Positions 10,370 to 19,667 of a stretch of 64,000 bases of DNA are shown here, in pieces (within the stretch, counting starts at the first letter, position 1; every line of letters begins with the position of its first letter). This DNA is from an uncultured Holophagales bacterium (GTDB lineage Bacteria > Acidobacteriota > Thermoanaerobaculia > Multivoradales > UBA5704). The notes beneath the pieces are model-generated. The model saw only the letters and a list, made by a program, of their open reading frames with translations, was not told where the DNA came from and did no database searches. Location of the stretch: positions 160,001-224,000 of the forward strand of contig CAWJGT010000003.1 of the NCBI GenBank assembly GCA_963842525.1, in the 5' to 3' direction. The translations under genes were made by a program, and so were the position numbers.

Positions 10370-10399
10370 TTGACAGGACCAGCGGGACGGCGACAAGCT
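10370..10399 (+). promoter_or_regulatory. Possible sigma70-type promoter for the GrpE/Hsp70 operon
   Basis: Perfect TTGACA at 10370-10375; weak -10 (CAAGCT) about 18 bp downstream; ATG at 10411. Confidence 0.3.
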
Positions 10400-10444
10400 A
10401 TTCCGCACTCATGACGGCGACCCGGAGGCCGGGTCGATCGTCTG

Positions 10445-11086
10445 TTGCAGGAGGGAATCGCGGCTCTGCGATACGAGGAACCTCAGCTCGAGCCAACGGA
10501 GGTGGACCTGCTGGCGGCCTTCGACGTCCTGGTCCAGGAGGTCGGGCGCCTGCGCAAGCTGCTCCTGAAGCTGGGCCATGCCCAGGAGCTGTTCCAGGGC
10601 AGGGTCGAAGAGGAGGTCGGGCGCCTCTCCCAGGCTCTGGACCGCGGCACGGCTGCCAGCCCCGGGGACCGGGACGCCGCCCGAGACGCCGCCCGAGACG
10701 CAATACCGAGCCCGCCCCAGCTTCGGACGTTGATGGAGCTCGACCGGGCGGTCCTCTATCTGCTCGCCTTCGTCCAGGATGGGGGCCGCGGCCCGCTCGC
10801 GAGCAATCCAGGGGAGGCGGACATGAGCCCGCGCTCGGTCCGGGAGGGGCTGGCCCTCCTGCAGGTCCGCGTGCGCAACCTCCAGAAGTCGTTCGGCCTC
10901 GAGCCGATCCCTTCGACGGGCTACCTGTTCGACGACCGCTGGCACCAGGCGTACGGCGTCTGCCACCGGCCCGATCTGGAGGATGGCGAGGTGGCCGAGG
11001 AGGTCCTGCCCGGGTACCGCCTGGGAGAGAAGGTGGCGCGGCCGGCTCTGGTGATCGTCAACCGTCACATGGAGGGACAAGAGTGA
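10445..11086 (+). CDS. grpE: GrpE-like nucleotide exchange factor; the true start may be ATG 10411 through an indel
   Basis: C-terminal FDDRWHQA...GEVAEEVLPGYRLGEKVARPALVIV GrpE signature; GTGA overlap with Hsp70. Confidence 0.8.
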   Translation: MQEGIAALRYEEPQLEPTEVDLLAAFDVLVQEVGRLRKLLLKLGHAQELFQGRVEEEVGRLSQALDRGTAASPGDRDAARDAARDAIPSPPQLRTLMELDRAVLYLLAFVQDGGRGPLASNPGEADMSPRSVREGLALLQVRVRNLQKSFGLEPIPSTGYLFDDRWHQAYGVCHRPDLEDGEVAEEVLPGYRLGEKVARPALVIVNRHMEGQE

Positions 11087-12852
11087 AAGAAACGATTTTC
11101 GGCATCGATCTGGGGACGACCAACTCCTGCCTCGCGCTCGTGGAGCCGGGCGGGCCGCGAGTGATCGACATCGACGGCCAGCCCATCGTCCCGTCCGTGG
11201 TGAGCCTCGACCGCAAGACCGGCGCGATGATCGTCGGGAGCCGGGCGCGCAATCGCCTGGCGCTCGAGCCGGGGTGGACCGTGCGCTCCATCAAGCGGCG
11301 GATGGGGCTGAACGAGCCGGTGCGGATCGGCGACCGGACGCTGCTGCCGGAAGAGATCTCCGCCGAGATCCTCCGCTATCTGCGCGAGCAGGGCGGGGAG
11401 GCCTGTGGCCGGGAGGTGCGCCGGGCTGTGATCACCGTCCCCGCGTACTTCGGCGACGCGCAGCGGCGGGCCACCCTGCGGGCCGGCGAGCTCGCCGGGC
11501 TCGACGTGGTGCGGCTCCTCAACGAGCCGACCGCCGCCGCTCTCGTCTATGACCGCACCTGGGTGCGCGGTCACGGCGCCGGAGCGGCGCTATCGGACAT
11601 TGCGGGAGCGGCGCTGTCCGACGTCGCCGGCTCCGGGCCCGGGGCACCGCAGCGGGTCCTGGTCTACGACCTGGGCGGCGGCACGTTCGACGTATCGGTG
11701 GTCGAGATCGGCGGCGAGATCAACGAGGTGCGCGCGAGCTGCGGCAACAACCATCTCGGCGGCGACGACTTCGACCTCCTGCTGGCGGAGCACATCCTGG
11801 CCGAGGTGCGCGAGCGCTACGGACGCGATCTCGGCGACGATCCGCGCGCCCGCGCACGGCTGCTCGACGCCGCGGAACGGGCGAAGATCGACCTCTCGAC
11901 GCACCCCTACGCGCGGGTCACCGAAGAGGCCCTGGCCCCGGGGCTCCATCTCGACCTGGAGATCGAGCGGACCGCCTTCGAAGAGCTGATCCAGCGCGAT
12001 CTCGACGGTACGCTTGCGGAGGTGGACCGCGCTCTCGCGGAGGCGCGCCTGCGGCCCGGGCAGATCGACCGGGTGGTCCTGGTGGGCGGCTCGACGCGCA
12101 TCCCCAAGGTTCTCCAGATGCTCGAAAACCGTTTCGAATGCCCTGTCGAGCACGCGATCGATCCGGCTCTGGGCGTGGGGTTGGGCGCCGCTCTGCAGGG
12201 CGCCATCCTGGGCGGTGAGATCTTCGACCAGATCCTGGTCGACGTGGCGGCCCACTCGCTGGGGGTCAGGACGCTGGGCGGCGCATTTCCGATGAGCATG
12301 GGGGAGCATTTCTCGGCCGTCATTCGCCGCAACACCCAGATCCCCGCCACCCGTTCGGAGGTCTACTTCACGATCCACGACAACCAGGAGAAAGTGCAGG
12401 TCGCGGTCTATCAGGGCGAGAGCGTCCGGTGCAGCGAGAATACCTTCATTGGTCACTTTTTCTTCGAGCTGGCGCCCATGCCGGCGGACAGCCCGGTGCT
12501 CGTGGAATTCAGCTACGACCTCGACGGGATCATCCGCGTGGTGGTGAGCCAGAAGGGCACCGACCGGCGCAAGGAGGTGACGCTGAGCACCCGCCGCGGC
12601 GGCCCGGATGCCGCGGATACCGCGGCGCCGGTTGGAGCGCGGCCGGTGGACAACTACATCCTGCGCAAGGCCCGGGCGCTTGCCGCTTCCCTGCCGGCCG
12701 GCGACATGCAGGAGCGCCTGCGAACGGCTGCTGTTGCCTACGAGGCGGAGCTGGGGCGCGGCGAGGGATCGCCCGATCTGGAGCAGGCGGAGAACGAGCT
12801 TTTGGAGCTTCTCGAGGCGCTGGAGGAGGCGCCGCTGTCCAGTGAGCCGTAG
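11083..12852 (+). CDS. Hsp70-family protein (specialised DnaK/HscC-like paralog, 589 aa)
   Basis: GIDLGTTNS, TVPAYF, NEPTAAA, DLGGGTFD, LGGDDFD, LVGGSTRIPKV; start GTG 11083 with GGAGGG RBS. Confidence 0.93.
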   Translation: MKETIFGIDLGTTNSCLALVEPGGPRVIDIDGQPIVPSVVSLDRKTGAMIVGSRARNRLALEPGWTVRSIKRRMGLNEPVRIGDRTLLPEEISAEILRYLREQGGEACGREVRRAVITVPAYFGDAQRRATLRAGELAGLDVVRLLNEPTAAALVYDRTWVRGHGAGAALSDIAGAALSDVAGSGPGAPQRVLVYDLGGGTFDVSVVEIGGEINEVRASCGNNHLGGDDFDLLLAEHILAEVRERYGRDLGDDPRARARLLDAAERAKIDLSTHPYARVTEEALAPGLHLDLEIERTAFEELIQRDLDGTLAEVDRALAEARLRPGQIDRVVLVGGSTRIPKVLQMLENRFECPVEHAIDPALGVGLGAALQGAILGGEIFDQILVDVAAHSLGVRTLGGAFPMSMGEHFSAVIRRNTQIPATRSEVYFTIHDNQEKVQVAVYQGESVRCSENTFIGHFFFELAPMPADSPVLVEFSYDLDGIIRVVVSQKGTDRRKEVTLSTRRGGPDAADTAAPVGARPVDNYILRKARALAASLPAGDMQERLRTAAVAYEAELGRGEGSPDLEQAENELLELLEALEEAPLSSEP

Positions 12853-15007
12853 ACGGCAGCAGAAGAAGGAGCTTCAGCGGCTCGTGTCTCTGGAGCGGCA
12901 GCTCGAGGCTCTCTATCAGCGCGGAGCCGACGGGGAGCTCCTGGAGCTGGCTCATCGGCCCGGCCGGCCTGCCCTGTCGCCAGAAGCGGCCGGTCTCTAC
13001 GGGGAGGTGGTGGACCGGACGTTGCGCCGGGCCCTCGCCGGCAGTGACCTCGCAGCGGTCGACCGCCTCCTCCGGCAGATCGGCCGCGAGGCTGCGGACC
13101 GGCCGTGGGTGCGGCTCGCCGAGGCCGTGAGGCATCTGGTGGAGGGGAAGCTCGACGCGGCCCGAACCTGCCTGGCCGCGTTGTCCGATCCTTCGCTCCC
13201 GTCGCAGCTCGTGGCAGCTCTCGCCGCGTTCTGCGCTCCGAGCCCCGAGCCCGCCGTCGAGGAGCCGGTGCCGCAGGCCCTGGACCGTCTCTACCGCTCG
13301 CTCGCCACCCTCGCCGAGCAGGGCTCCCGCCCGGAAGCCGTCCACCTTGCGGGCCTGGAAAAGGACGTGGCACTCCTGTGTGCGGAGCTCTCCGGCGATC
13401 CGGCGGCGAAGAAGCTGCTCGATGCCGCGCAGGCGTGCCTCCTCCGCCTGGCCGAGCTGGCGGACCTGGAGCAGGCGCTGCGCGGTGAGGAGGGGAGCGC
13501 CAACGTCCATCGGCTCTTCCTGGAGCGGGTGAACCGCCTCTCCGGTCCCCTGCTGGAGGCCCTTCGCGACAGTCCGGCCGTTCCCTTGATGCAGCCTCTG
13601 CGGCAGGCCCTGCGTCTGCGCTGGCGGGCGGTCCTCTCGCTCGTGATGGGGCGCGGGGACGATGAAGCCTGGCCTGCGGCCTTTGCGGGCTCCCCCTCTC
13701 TCTTCGCCCTGGACGTGGAGGCTGGCGATGGCCGGGCCCGGCTGGCACATCGCCAGGAGCTGCGCGAGCTCCTGGCGGCCGGGCGTTACCAGGCGCTCGC
13801 GCGCCGGTTGGCCTCCTGGAGCAGGTCCGAGCGGGTGCCCGAGCGCCTGGCCCGGCTCTGGAGCCTCGAGCTCTGGGCCTGGGAGCACGCGGCGACCGGC
13901 GGGGCTATGGAGGATGAGATCGTGGCGGCGCCCTCGGACACGGAGATGCATGATGTCCTGCTCCGCCTCGTGGCCATGGCCGGCGAGATCGAGCAGCGGT
14001 TCCCTGCCGAGCAGCGCCCCGAGGTCGCCCGCTTCCTGCGCACGGGGCTGTTCGATCTCTTCGAGACCGTGTACTTCTGCGACCATTTCCTCGCCGCCGC
14101 CGCGGCACTGCTCCGGCACCTCCCGGACGACCCCGGGCTGCTGGGAGTGGCGGTCACCGCCGCGGTCTGTGCGCAGGATCACCAGGCGTGCGCTGTGTTC
14201 GCGTCCCTCATCGCGGCCCGGACGGGTGTGCCGGACATGGAGCAGGAGCCCCTCTTGCGGCTCATCCCCCAGCTCGCGCATGAACCGGCGCGGCACGCCG
14301 CGCGCATTCTGCCCCTGCTGCGCCCCCTCCTGGAAGGGGAGGCCTGGTCGCGCGCCGTCTCGGCGTTCGCACAGCGGGTCACCAACCTCGCCTGCTCCGG
14401 TCTCCGCCGGGACGACAGCGAGCTCTGGGTGCACGACATCGTCCGGGACATCGGGCTCTACCGGACCGCGCTGCCCGACTCGGGCCAGCTCGCCGTCCTG
14501 GACGCAGCGGTCCGCTGCCTGCGCAGAGCCGGCGAGCCGCGGGATCTGCGCCAGCTCCTGGAGAGGACCCCCGGCCTCGCGCCGGCCCTTGTCGCGGTGC
14601 AGGTGTTGGTGGCCGCCGGCCCCCTGGTGCTCCCGCCCGTCCGGAAAGCTCTCGAGGATGTCCGGGAGACCGCCATCGAGCGCCTCGACGCCGACTGGCG
14701 GGTGTGGCGGCCGGCGTTACCCGACCTGGTGATCGGTGCGGAGAAGGGAACGGTCCGTAAGCTGCGCAAGCGGCTGCAACAACTCCTGCGCCAGCGCGAC
14801 CTCGGCGACACGGACCGGAAAGCGTTCGAAGAGATGCGCGAACAGATCCAGATGATGCAAAGCCTGGAGAAAGACCTGTGGCGAGACCTCGGTGGCTGGA
14901 GCATCCCCCACGACGAGGACGACAAGAGCGAGGAGAGCAAGCCGCCCCGCCCGAGGAAGTCACGCCGGCGCGCTGCCGGCGACGACCTGCAGCCCGAGCC
15001 TTTCTGA
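12842..15007 (+). CDS. Large alpha-helical hypothetical protein (~720 aa) in the Hsp70 operon
   Basis: GTG 12842 (MSRRRQQKKELQRL) overlaps the Hsp70 end; Leu/Ala/Arg-rich helical pattern; charged tail. Confidence 0.7.
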   Translation: MSRRRQQKKELQRLVSLERQLEALYQRGADGELLELAHRPGRPALSPEAAGLYGEVVDRTLRRALAGSDLAAVDRLLRQIGREAADRPWVRLAEAVRHLVEGKLDAARTCLAALSDPSLPSQLVAALAAFCAPSPEPAVEEPVPQALDRLYRSLATLAEQGSRPEAVHLAGLEKDVALLCAELSGDPAAKKLLDAAQACLLRLAELADLEQALRGEEGSANVHRLFLERVNRLSGPLLEALRDSPAVPLMQPLRQALRLRWRAVLSLVMGRGDDEAWPAAFAGSPSLFALDVEAGDGRARLAHRQELRELLAAGRYQALARRLASWSRSERVPERLARLWSLELWAWEHAATGGAMEDEIVAAPSDTEMHDVLLRLVAMAGEIEQRFPAEQRPEVARFLRTGLFDLFETVYFCDHFLAAAAALLRHLPDDPGLLGVAVTAAVCAQDHQACAVFASLIAARTGVPDMEQEPLLRLIPQLAHEPARHAARILPLLRPLLEGEAWSRAVSAFAQRVTNLACSGLRRDDSELWVHDIVRDIGLYRTALPDSGQLAVLDAAVRCLRRAGEPRDLRQLLERTPGLAPALVAVQVLVAAGPLVLPPVRKALEDVRETAIERLDADWRVWRPALPDLVIGAEKGTVRKLRKRLQQLLRQRDLGDTDRKAFEEMREQIQMMQSLEKDLWRDLGGWSIPHDEDDKSEESKPPRPRKSRRRAAGDDLQPEPF

Positions 15008-15022
15008 ACCGGAGGCCGTTGC

Positions 15023-15373
15023 ATGGACGATTCCTATCAAGTGCTCGGGCTGAAGCCGGGTGCCGCCAGGGAAGAGATCGATCGCGCCTACCGCACCCTG
15101 GTCCGCCGCTATCCGCCGGAGCTCAATCCCGAGCGTTTCGCCCTCATCCATGACGCCTACGACCGGCTCCGCTCCTTCGAGCGCACGATGGAAGAGGTAC
15201 GCAAAATCCCCGAAGCCGGGCTGGACTCGCTGTTCCCGGTGCCCCGGATGAGCCTGCGGCCTTTCGCTCCCCTGGACGCGCCTCTGCAGCCGCAGGACCT
15301 GGAGCCGCTCCTGCGTCCGTGGCGTTGTATCCTGCTGGCACGCCTGCTCCGCGAGCACCTCGCAGAGCGCTGA
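15023..15373 (+). CDS. Small J-domain (DnaJ-like) protein with non-canonical YPPE motif
   Basis: DSYQVLGLKPGAAREEIDRAYRTLVRRYPPELNPERFALIHDAYDRL; GGAGG RBS. Confidence 0.85.
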   Translation: MDDSYQVLGLKPGAAREEIDRAYRTLVRRYPPELNPERFALIHDAYDRLRSFERTMEEVRKIPEAGLDSLFPVPRMSLRPFAPLDAPLQPQDLEPLLRPWRCILLARLLREHLAER

Positions 15374-15389
15374 GCCGCAGGTTCGGCCC

Positions 15390-15414
15390 TGGGAGCGCCG
15401 GCGTCTCGCCGGCT
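15390..15414. repeat. Short REP-like palindrome
   Basis: GGGAGCGCCGGCGTCTCGCCGGC hairpin just downstream of the J-domain gene. Confidence 0.35.
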
Positions 15415-15654
15415 CTACTTCCCCGTAGCCGCCTCCTGGACCCCCAGGGCGCCGCCCGAGCCTCCCCTCCCTTCAGGCCTCTCCTCAACGGCCAAGAGCA
15501 GCCGCCTCAATAGGGTCCTCAGGCTCGTTCGGAGGTAACTCGGGCCACGCGCACCCTGGGAAAAACAGCCCTGGCTTGGTCGACCGGTTGGCGGCCGGCC
15601 GCGCGGCGGAGTAGAGTCTTGCCTATAGGCGGATCGACTCCGAGCGAGCTCCCG

Positions 15655-16233
15655 ATGTCCTCTCCTGACGAAGTCACCCGGCTGTTGCGGGCCTGGCGAA
15701 GCGGCGACGCGGGCGCTCTGGAGGAGCTTGCGCCGCTGGTCTATGCCGAGCTTCACCGCCTGGCCGAGAGCCGCATCCGGCATGAGCGGGCCGACCATAC
15801 CCTGCAGGCCACGGCCCTGGTGCACGAGGCCTATCTCCGGCTGGCGGGCGCCGACGCTCCCGACTGGCAGGACCGGGCCCACTTCTTCGCCGTCGCCGCG
15901 CGGATGATGCGGCGCATCCTGGTCGATCATGCCCGCGCCCGCGGCGGCCCCAAACGCGGCGGCTCCGTGCGCAAGGTCTCACTGGAGGAAGCCGCCGTGC
16001 TCACGGACGAACGCACGGAGGACATTCTCGAGCTGGACGAGGCCCTCGGCCGGCTGGCCGCTTTCGATCCCCGCCAGCACCAGGTGGTGGAGCTGCGGTT
16101 CTTCGGCGGCCTGTCGGTCGAGGAGACGGCGGAGGTGCTCGGCCTGTCTCCGATCACGGTGAAGCGCGACTGGCGGGTGGCGCGGGCCTGGCTGTATGCG
16201 GAGCTTGCGGGAGCCCGGGGAGCAGAGGCGTGA
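15655..16233 (+). CDS. ECF sigma factor, kinase-activated type (TIGR02999/ECF43-like)
   Basis: EVTRLLRAW, HTLQATALVHEAYLRL, DRAHFFAVAARMMRRILVDHAR, VELRFFGGLSVEETAEVLG, TVKRDWRVARAWL. Confidence 0.93.
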   Translation: MSSPDEVTRLLRAWRSGDAGALEELAPLVYAELHRLAESRIRHERADHTLQATALVHEAYLRLAGADAPDWQDRAHFFAVAARMMRRILVDHARARGGPKRGGSVRKVSLEEAAVLTDERTEDILELDEALGRLAAFDPRQHQVVELRFFGGLSVEETAEVLGLSPITVKRDWRVARAWLYAELAGARGAEA

Positions 16234-18872
16234 CGCCCGAGCGCTGGCGGCGGATCAACGAGCTGTTCGAGCAGGAAGCCGCGCTCGATCCGGCCGGGCG
16301 GGCCGCCCGCCTGGAGGCGGCCAGCGGCGGCGATCCGGAGCTTCCGGCCGAGGTCGAAAGGCTTCTCGCCGCGGACCTTCAGGCCGGCAGCTTCCTGGAG
16401 AACCTGGTCCAGTGGACCCCTGAGGAGCCATCGGCCGCCGGGGGAGACCTGCCGGCGGACCGGCAGATCGGGCCCTATCGGATCGAGCGCGAGATCGGAC
16501 AGGGCGGGATGGGCACCGTCTATCTGGCGGCACGCGCTGACGGCCTGTTCGAAAAAGAGGTGGCGGTGAAGGTCGTGCGCCGGGGCTTCGACACCGCCGA
16601 CGCCCTGCGCCGCTTCGAGCTGGAGCAACGGATCCTCGCCCGGCTGGAGCACCCCGGGATCGCCCGGCTCTATGACGCGGGCACCACCGCGGAGGGCCGG
16701 CCCTATGTTGTGATGGAGCACGTCGAGGGGCTGCCGATCCACCGCTGGTGCGAGCAGCACCGGCTCGCCGTGGCCGAGCGGCTGAAGCTCTTCCTGGAGG
16801 TCTGCGCGGCGGTCCACTACGCGCACCAGAACCTGGTGGCGCACCGTGACCTCAAGCCGAGCAATATCCTGGTCGATGCCGCCGGCCGGCCGCGGCTCCT
16901 CGACTTCGGCATCGCCAAGCTGCTCAGCCCGGAGGGTGAGGTTGCCGCCGACCTGACCCATGCGGCGCAGCGGCCCATGACCCCCGGCTACGCGAGCCCG
17001 GAGCAGATCCGCGGCGAGCCGGTGACCACGGCAAGCGACGTCTACTCCCTGGGCGTCCTCCTCTACGAGCTGCTCGCCGGCCGGCAGCCCTTCGCCCTCG
17101 CCGGCCTGTCCCCGCGCGAGATGGAACGGATCGTCTCCGAGACCGAGCCGCAGCCGCCCAGCCGGGCAGCCGGCAGCCCGGAGCTGCTTGCCGGCCGGCC
17201 TGAAGGGGCCGAACGGCTGCGGAGGTTACTGGCGGGGGACCTCGACCGCATCGTCCTCAAGGCCATGCACAAGGAGCCCGGCCGGCGCTATGCAACGGTC
17301 GATCAGCTCGCGGACGACGTCCGCCGCCATCTCACCGGCCTGCCGGTGCTCGCGCGCGGAGACTCCTTCTGGTACCGGGCCGGCAAGCTGGTGCGGCGCC
17401 ACAAGCTGGCGGCGGCCCTGGTCCTGGTCGTGACGACTGCCGGTCTGGGGACCGCGGTGCTCGCCGTGGAGAGGGCGCGCGCCCTGGAGCGAGCTACGGC
17501 CGCTCTCGTCCGCGCCGATCGCGAAGCGGCCAAGGCGCGCGAGGCGACCGATCTCCTCGTCGAGCTGTTCAAGCTGTCGGACCGCCGCGAAACCGCCGGC
17601 GAGACGGTCACCGCCCGCGAGGTCCTGCGCCAGGGGACCCAGCGCGTCGAGGCGACGATCGCGAAACAGCCCGAGATCGCGGGCGAGCTGCTCGGCACGA
17701 TCGGCCGGGTCTACCTCAACCTCGGGCTGCCGCGGGAGGCGGTGCCGGTCCTTCAGCGGGCGTTGGCCGCACACCGGCGCGCCCGCGGCCCGCGCCATCC
17801 GGACGTTGCCGCCGCTCTCGACGATCTGGCGCGGGCCCTGCGCGACGAAGGGAAATACGCGGCGGCCGAGCCCCTGGCCCGGCATGCATTGGCGCTGCGC
17901 CGCGATCTGCTGGGAGAGGACCACCCCGACGTGGCCGCGAGCCTCGGCAATCTGGGGGTGCTGCTCTTCCGGAGCGGCGAGTATCCGGCCGCCGAGGCGG
18001 CGCTCACCGAGGCGCTGGCCCTCCGCCGCCGCCTCCCCCTGAACGAACGGGTCCTGCTTGGCGACAGCCTGACCGATCTGGCCTTTCTGTACCAGGCGAA
18101 GGCGGAGTACGGCCGCGCCGAGTCCCTTTTTCGCGAGGCGGTGGAGGTCTATCGCCAGCAGCTCGGGCCGGAGCATCCGACTGTGGCGAGCGGCCTCAAC
18201 AACCTCGCCATGACGCTGTACCGCAAGGGCGATACCGCGGCGGCCGAGCCTCTTCTCCGCGAGGCGTTGCGGCTCCACCGCCGTGATCTGGGGGACGACC
18301 ACCCGGCGGTCGCCGCCTCCCTGGAGAACCTCTCCGGCATGCTCGCGGAGCGCGGCGACTTCACAGCGGCCGAGCCGCTCGCCCGCGAGGCCCTCGCTCT
18401 GCACCGGAAAACGTTGGGTGACCGGCACCCCACTGTGGCGGGAAGCATCAACAGCCTCGCCGTCCAGATCCACTCGCGCGGCGACCTCGCAGCCGCCGAG
18501 CGGCTGTTCCGCGAGGTCCTGGCGTTGCGCCGCGAGATCCTCCCCCCGGAGCATCCGGACATCGCCTCTTCGCTCCTGGGGCTCGGAGCCGTCCTGTCCG
18601 ACCGGGGCGAGGAGAAGGCCGCCGAGCCGCTCCTGCGCGAGGCGCTCGCCATCCGCCGCCGCGTGCTGCCGCCCGGCCACTGGCGCATCGCGACCGTCGA
18701 GAGCGAGCTCGGAGGCTGCCTCGCCCGCCAGCGCCGGTGGCAGGAAGCGAGGCCGCTGCTGGTCGACAGCTACTCCCGGCTGCGCCAGGCGTTCGGCGCC
18801 GAGAACCAGCACACGCGGCGGGCCTTCGCCCATCTCGCGCGGCTCACCGCTTCTTCCCCCCCAGGGGGTTGA
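16230..18872 (+). CDS. Membrane Ser/Thr protein kinase with C-terminal TPR array
   Basis: GQGGMG, VAVK, HRDLKPSN, DFG, TPGYASPEQ; one TM segment; repeated HPxVAxSLxNL TPRs; GTGA overlap with the sigma gene. Confidence 0.95.
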   Translation: MTPERWRRINELFEQEAALDPAGRAARLEAASGGDPELPAEVERLLAADLQAGSFLENLVQWTPEEPSAAGGDLPADRQIGPYRIEREIGQGGMGTVYLAARADGLFEKEVAVKVVRRGFDTADALRRFELEQRILARLEHPGIARLYDAGTTAEGRPYVVMEHVEGLPIHRWCEQHRLAVAERLKLFLEVCAAVHYAHQNLVAHRDLKPSNILVDAAGRPRLLDFGIAKLLSPEGEVAADLTHAAQRPMTPGYASPEQIRGEPVTTASDVYSLGVLLYELLAGRQPFALAGLSPREMERIVSETEPQPPSRAAGSPELLAGRPEGAERLRRLLAGDLDRIVLKAMHKEPGRRYATVDQLADDVRRHLTGLPVLARGDSFWYRAGKLVRRHKLAAALVLVVTTAGLGTAVLAVERARALERATAALVRADREAAKAREATDLLVELFKLSDRRETAGETVTAREVLRQGTQRVEATIAKQPEIAGELLGTIGRVYLNLGLPREAVPVLQRALAAHRRARGPRHPDVAAALDDLARALRDEGKYAAAEPLARHALALRRDLLGEDHPDVAASLGNLGVLLFRSGEYPAAEAALTEALALRRRLPLNERVLLGDSLTDLAFLYQAKAEYGRAESLFREAVEVYRQQLGPEHPTVASGLNNLAMTLYRKGDTAAAEPLLREALRLHRRDLGDDHPAVAASLENLSGMLAERGDFTAAEPLAREALALHRKTLGDRHPTVAGSINSLAVQIHSRGDLAAAERLFREVLALRREILPPEHPDIASSLLGLGAVLSDRGEEKAAEPLLREALAIRRRVLPPGHWRIATVESELGGCLARQRRWQEARPLLVDSYSRLRQAFGAENQHTRRAFAHLARLTASSPPGG

Positions 18873-18879
18873 GGGGTTC

Positions 18880-19560
18880 TTATTGCAGGCCGCCCCACCT
18901 CTCGATCAGCACCTGGACATCCGACAGCCCGACCAAGCCGTCCTGATCGAGATCGAAGGGGCATTTCTGGTTCAGGTGGGCCGCGACGATCTGCTGGTCT
19001 TCCAGGTCCACCGTGCCGTTGCCATCGAAGTCGACGTTGGGATAGCCGGTGCCCGCCGGCCCGAAGAAGCAGGCCACGAGAGCGACGTCGTGCAACGTGA
19101 CGACGCCGCTGTTGTCGACGTCGAGGCCCGGATCGCGGGCGTCCCACTTGCCGTTCAGATTGGCGTCGATGAAACAGTTGCCATAGCCGGCGAGCAGGGC
19201 CACCAAGTCGCGGCAGTCGATGACCCCGTCGCCGGACAGATCGGCGCCGGCTTCCGCGCACGAGCCCCAGTGCCCGAGCACGAAGGCGCGGTCGAAGCAC
19301 CCCACGACGCCGTCATGGTTCACGTCGGCGGCCATGCCCGGGGCTGCGGAGCCCCAGTCTTTGACGACCAGCCCCAGATCCGCGGCATCGACGACGCCGT
19401 CTCCATTCACGTCCGCGGAGAGGACACAGTGTCCGCCCGGGCAGTCGGGCCCGGTGAGCTTGAGGGTACAAACGGTCGGTGCCGCCAGCGCGCAGGTGGG
19501 TGCGAAGAGGACGATCAGGACCGGGAGGGCGGCAGGGAACATTTGGATCTTGGGTGTCAT
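18880..19560 (-). CDS. Secreted protein made of six dockerin-like/EF-hand Ca-binding repeats
   Basis: Signal peptide; DVNGDGVVDAADL, DVNHDGVVGCFD, DLSGDGVIDCRDL, DVDNSGVVTLHDV, DFDGNGTVDLED, DLDQDGLVGLSDV. Confidence 0.8.
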   Translation of the reverse strand: MTPKIQMFPAALPVLIVLFAPTCALAAPTVCTLKLTGPDCPGGHCVLSADVNGDGVVDAADLGLVVKDWGSAAPGMAADVNHDGVVGCFDRAFVLGHWGSCAEAGADLSGDGVIDCRDLVALLAGYGNCFIDANLNGKWDARDPGLDVDNSGVVTLHDVALVACFFGPAGTGYPNVDFDGNGTVDLEDQQIVAAHLNQKCPFDLDQDGLVGLSDVQVLIERWGGLQ

Positions 19561-19667
19561 CGCGTCTCCTTTCCTACAAGGGTGCCTGGCAGATGGCCGA
19601 GCGCGCCCCCACTCTCATCAGCGGAGAACGCTGGCGAGAGGGATCATGGGGGTGCTAGAATCGCTGC

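Noticed and set aside
10411-11082. N-terminal 224-aa extension of Hsp70 in the ORF track
   Set aside because: Low-complexity Arg/Gly/Pro reading overlapping grpE; the real start is GTG 11083 with an RBS
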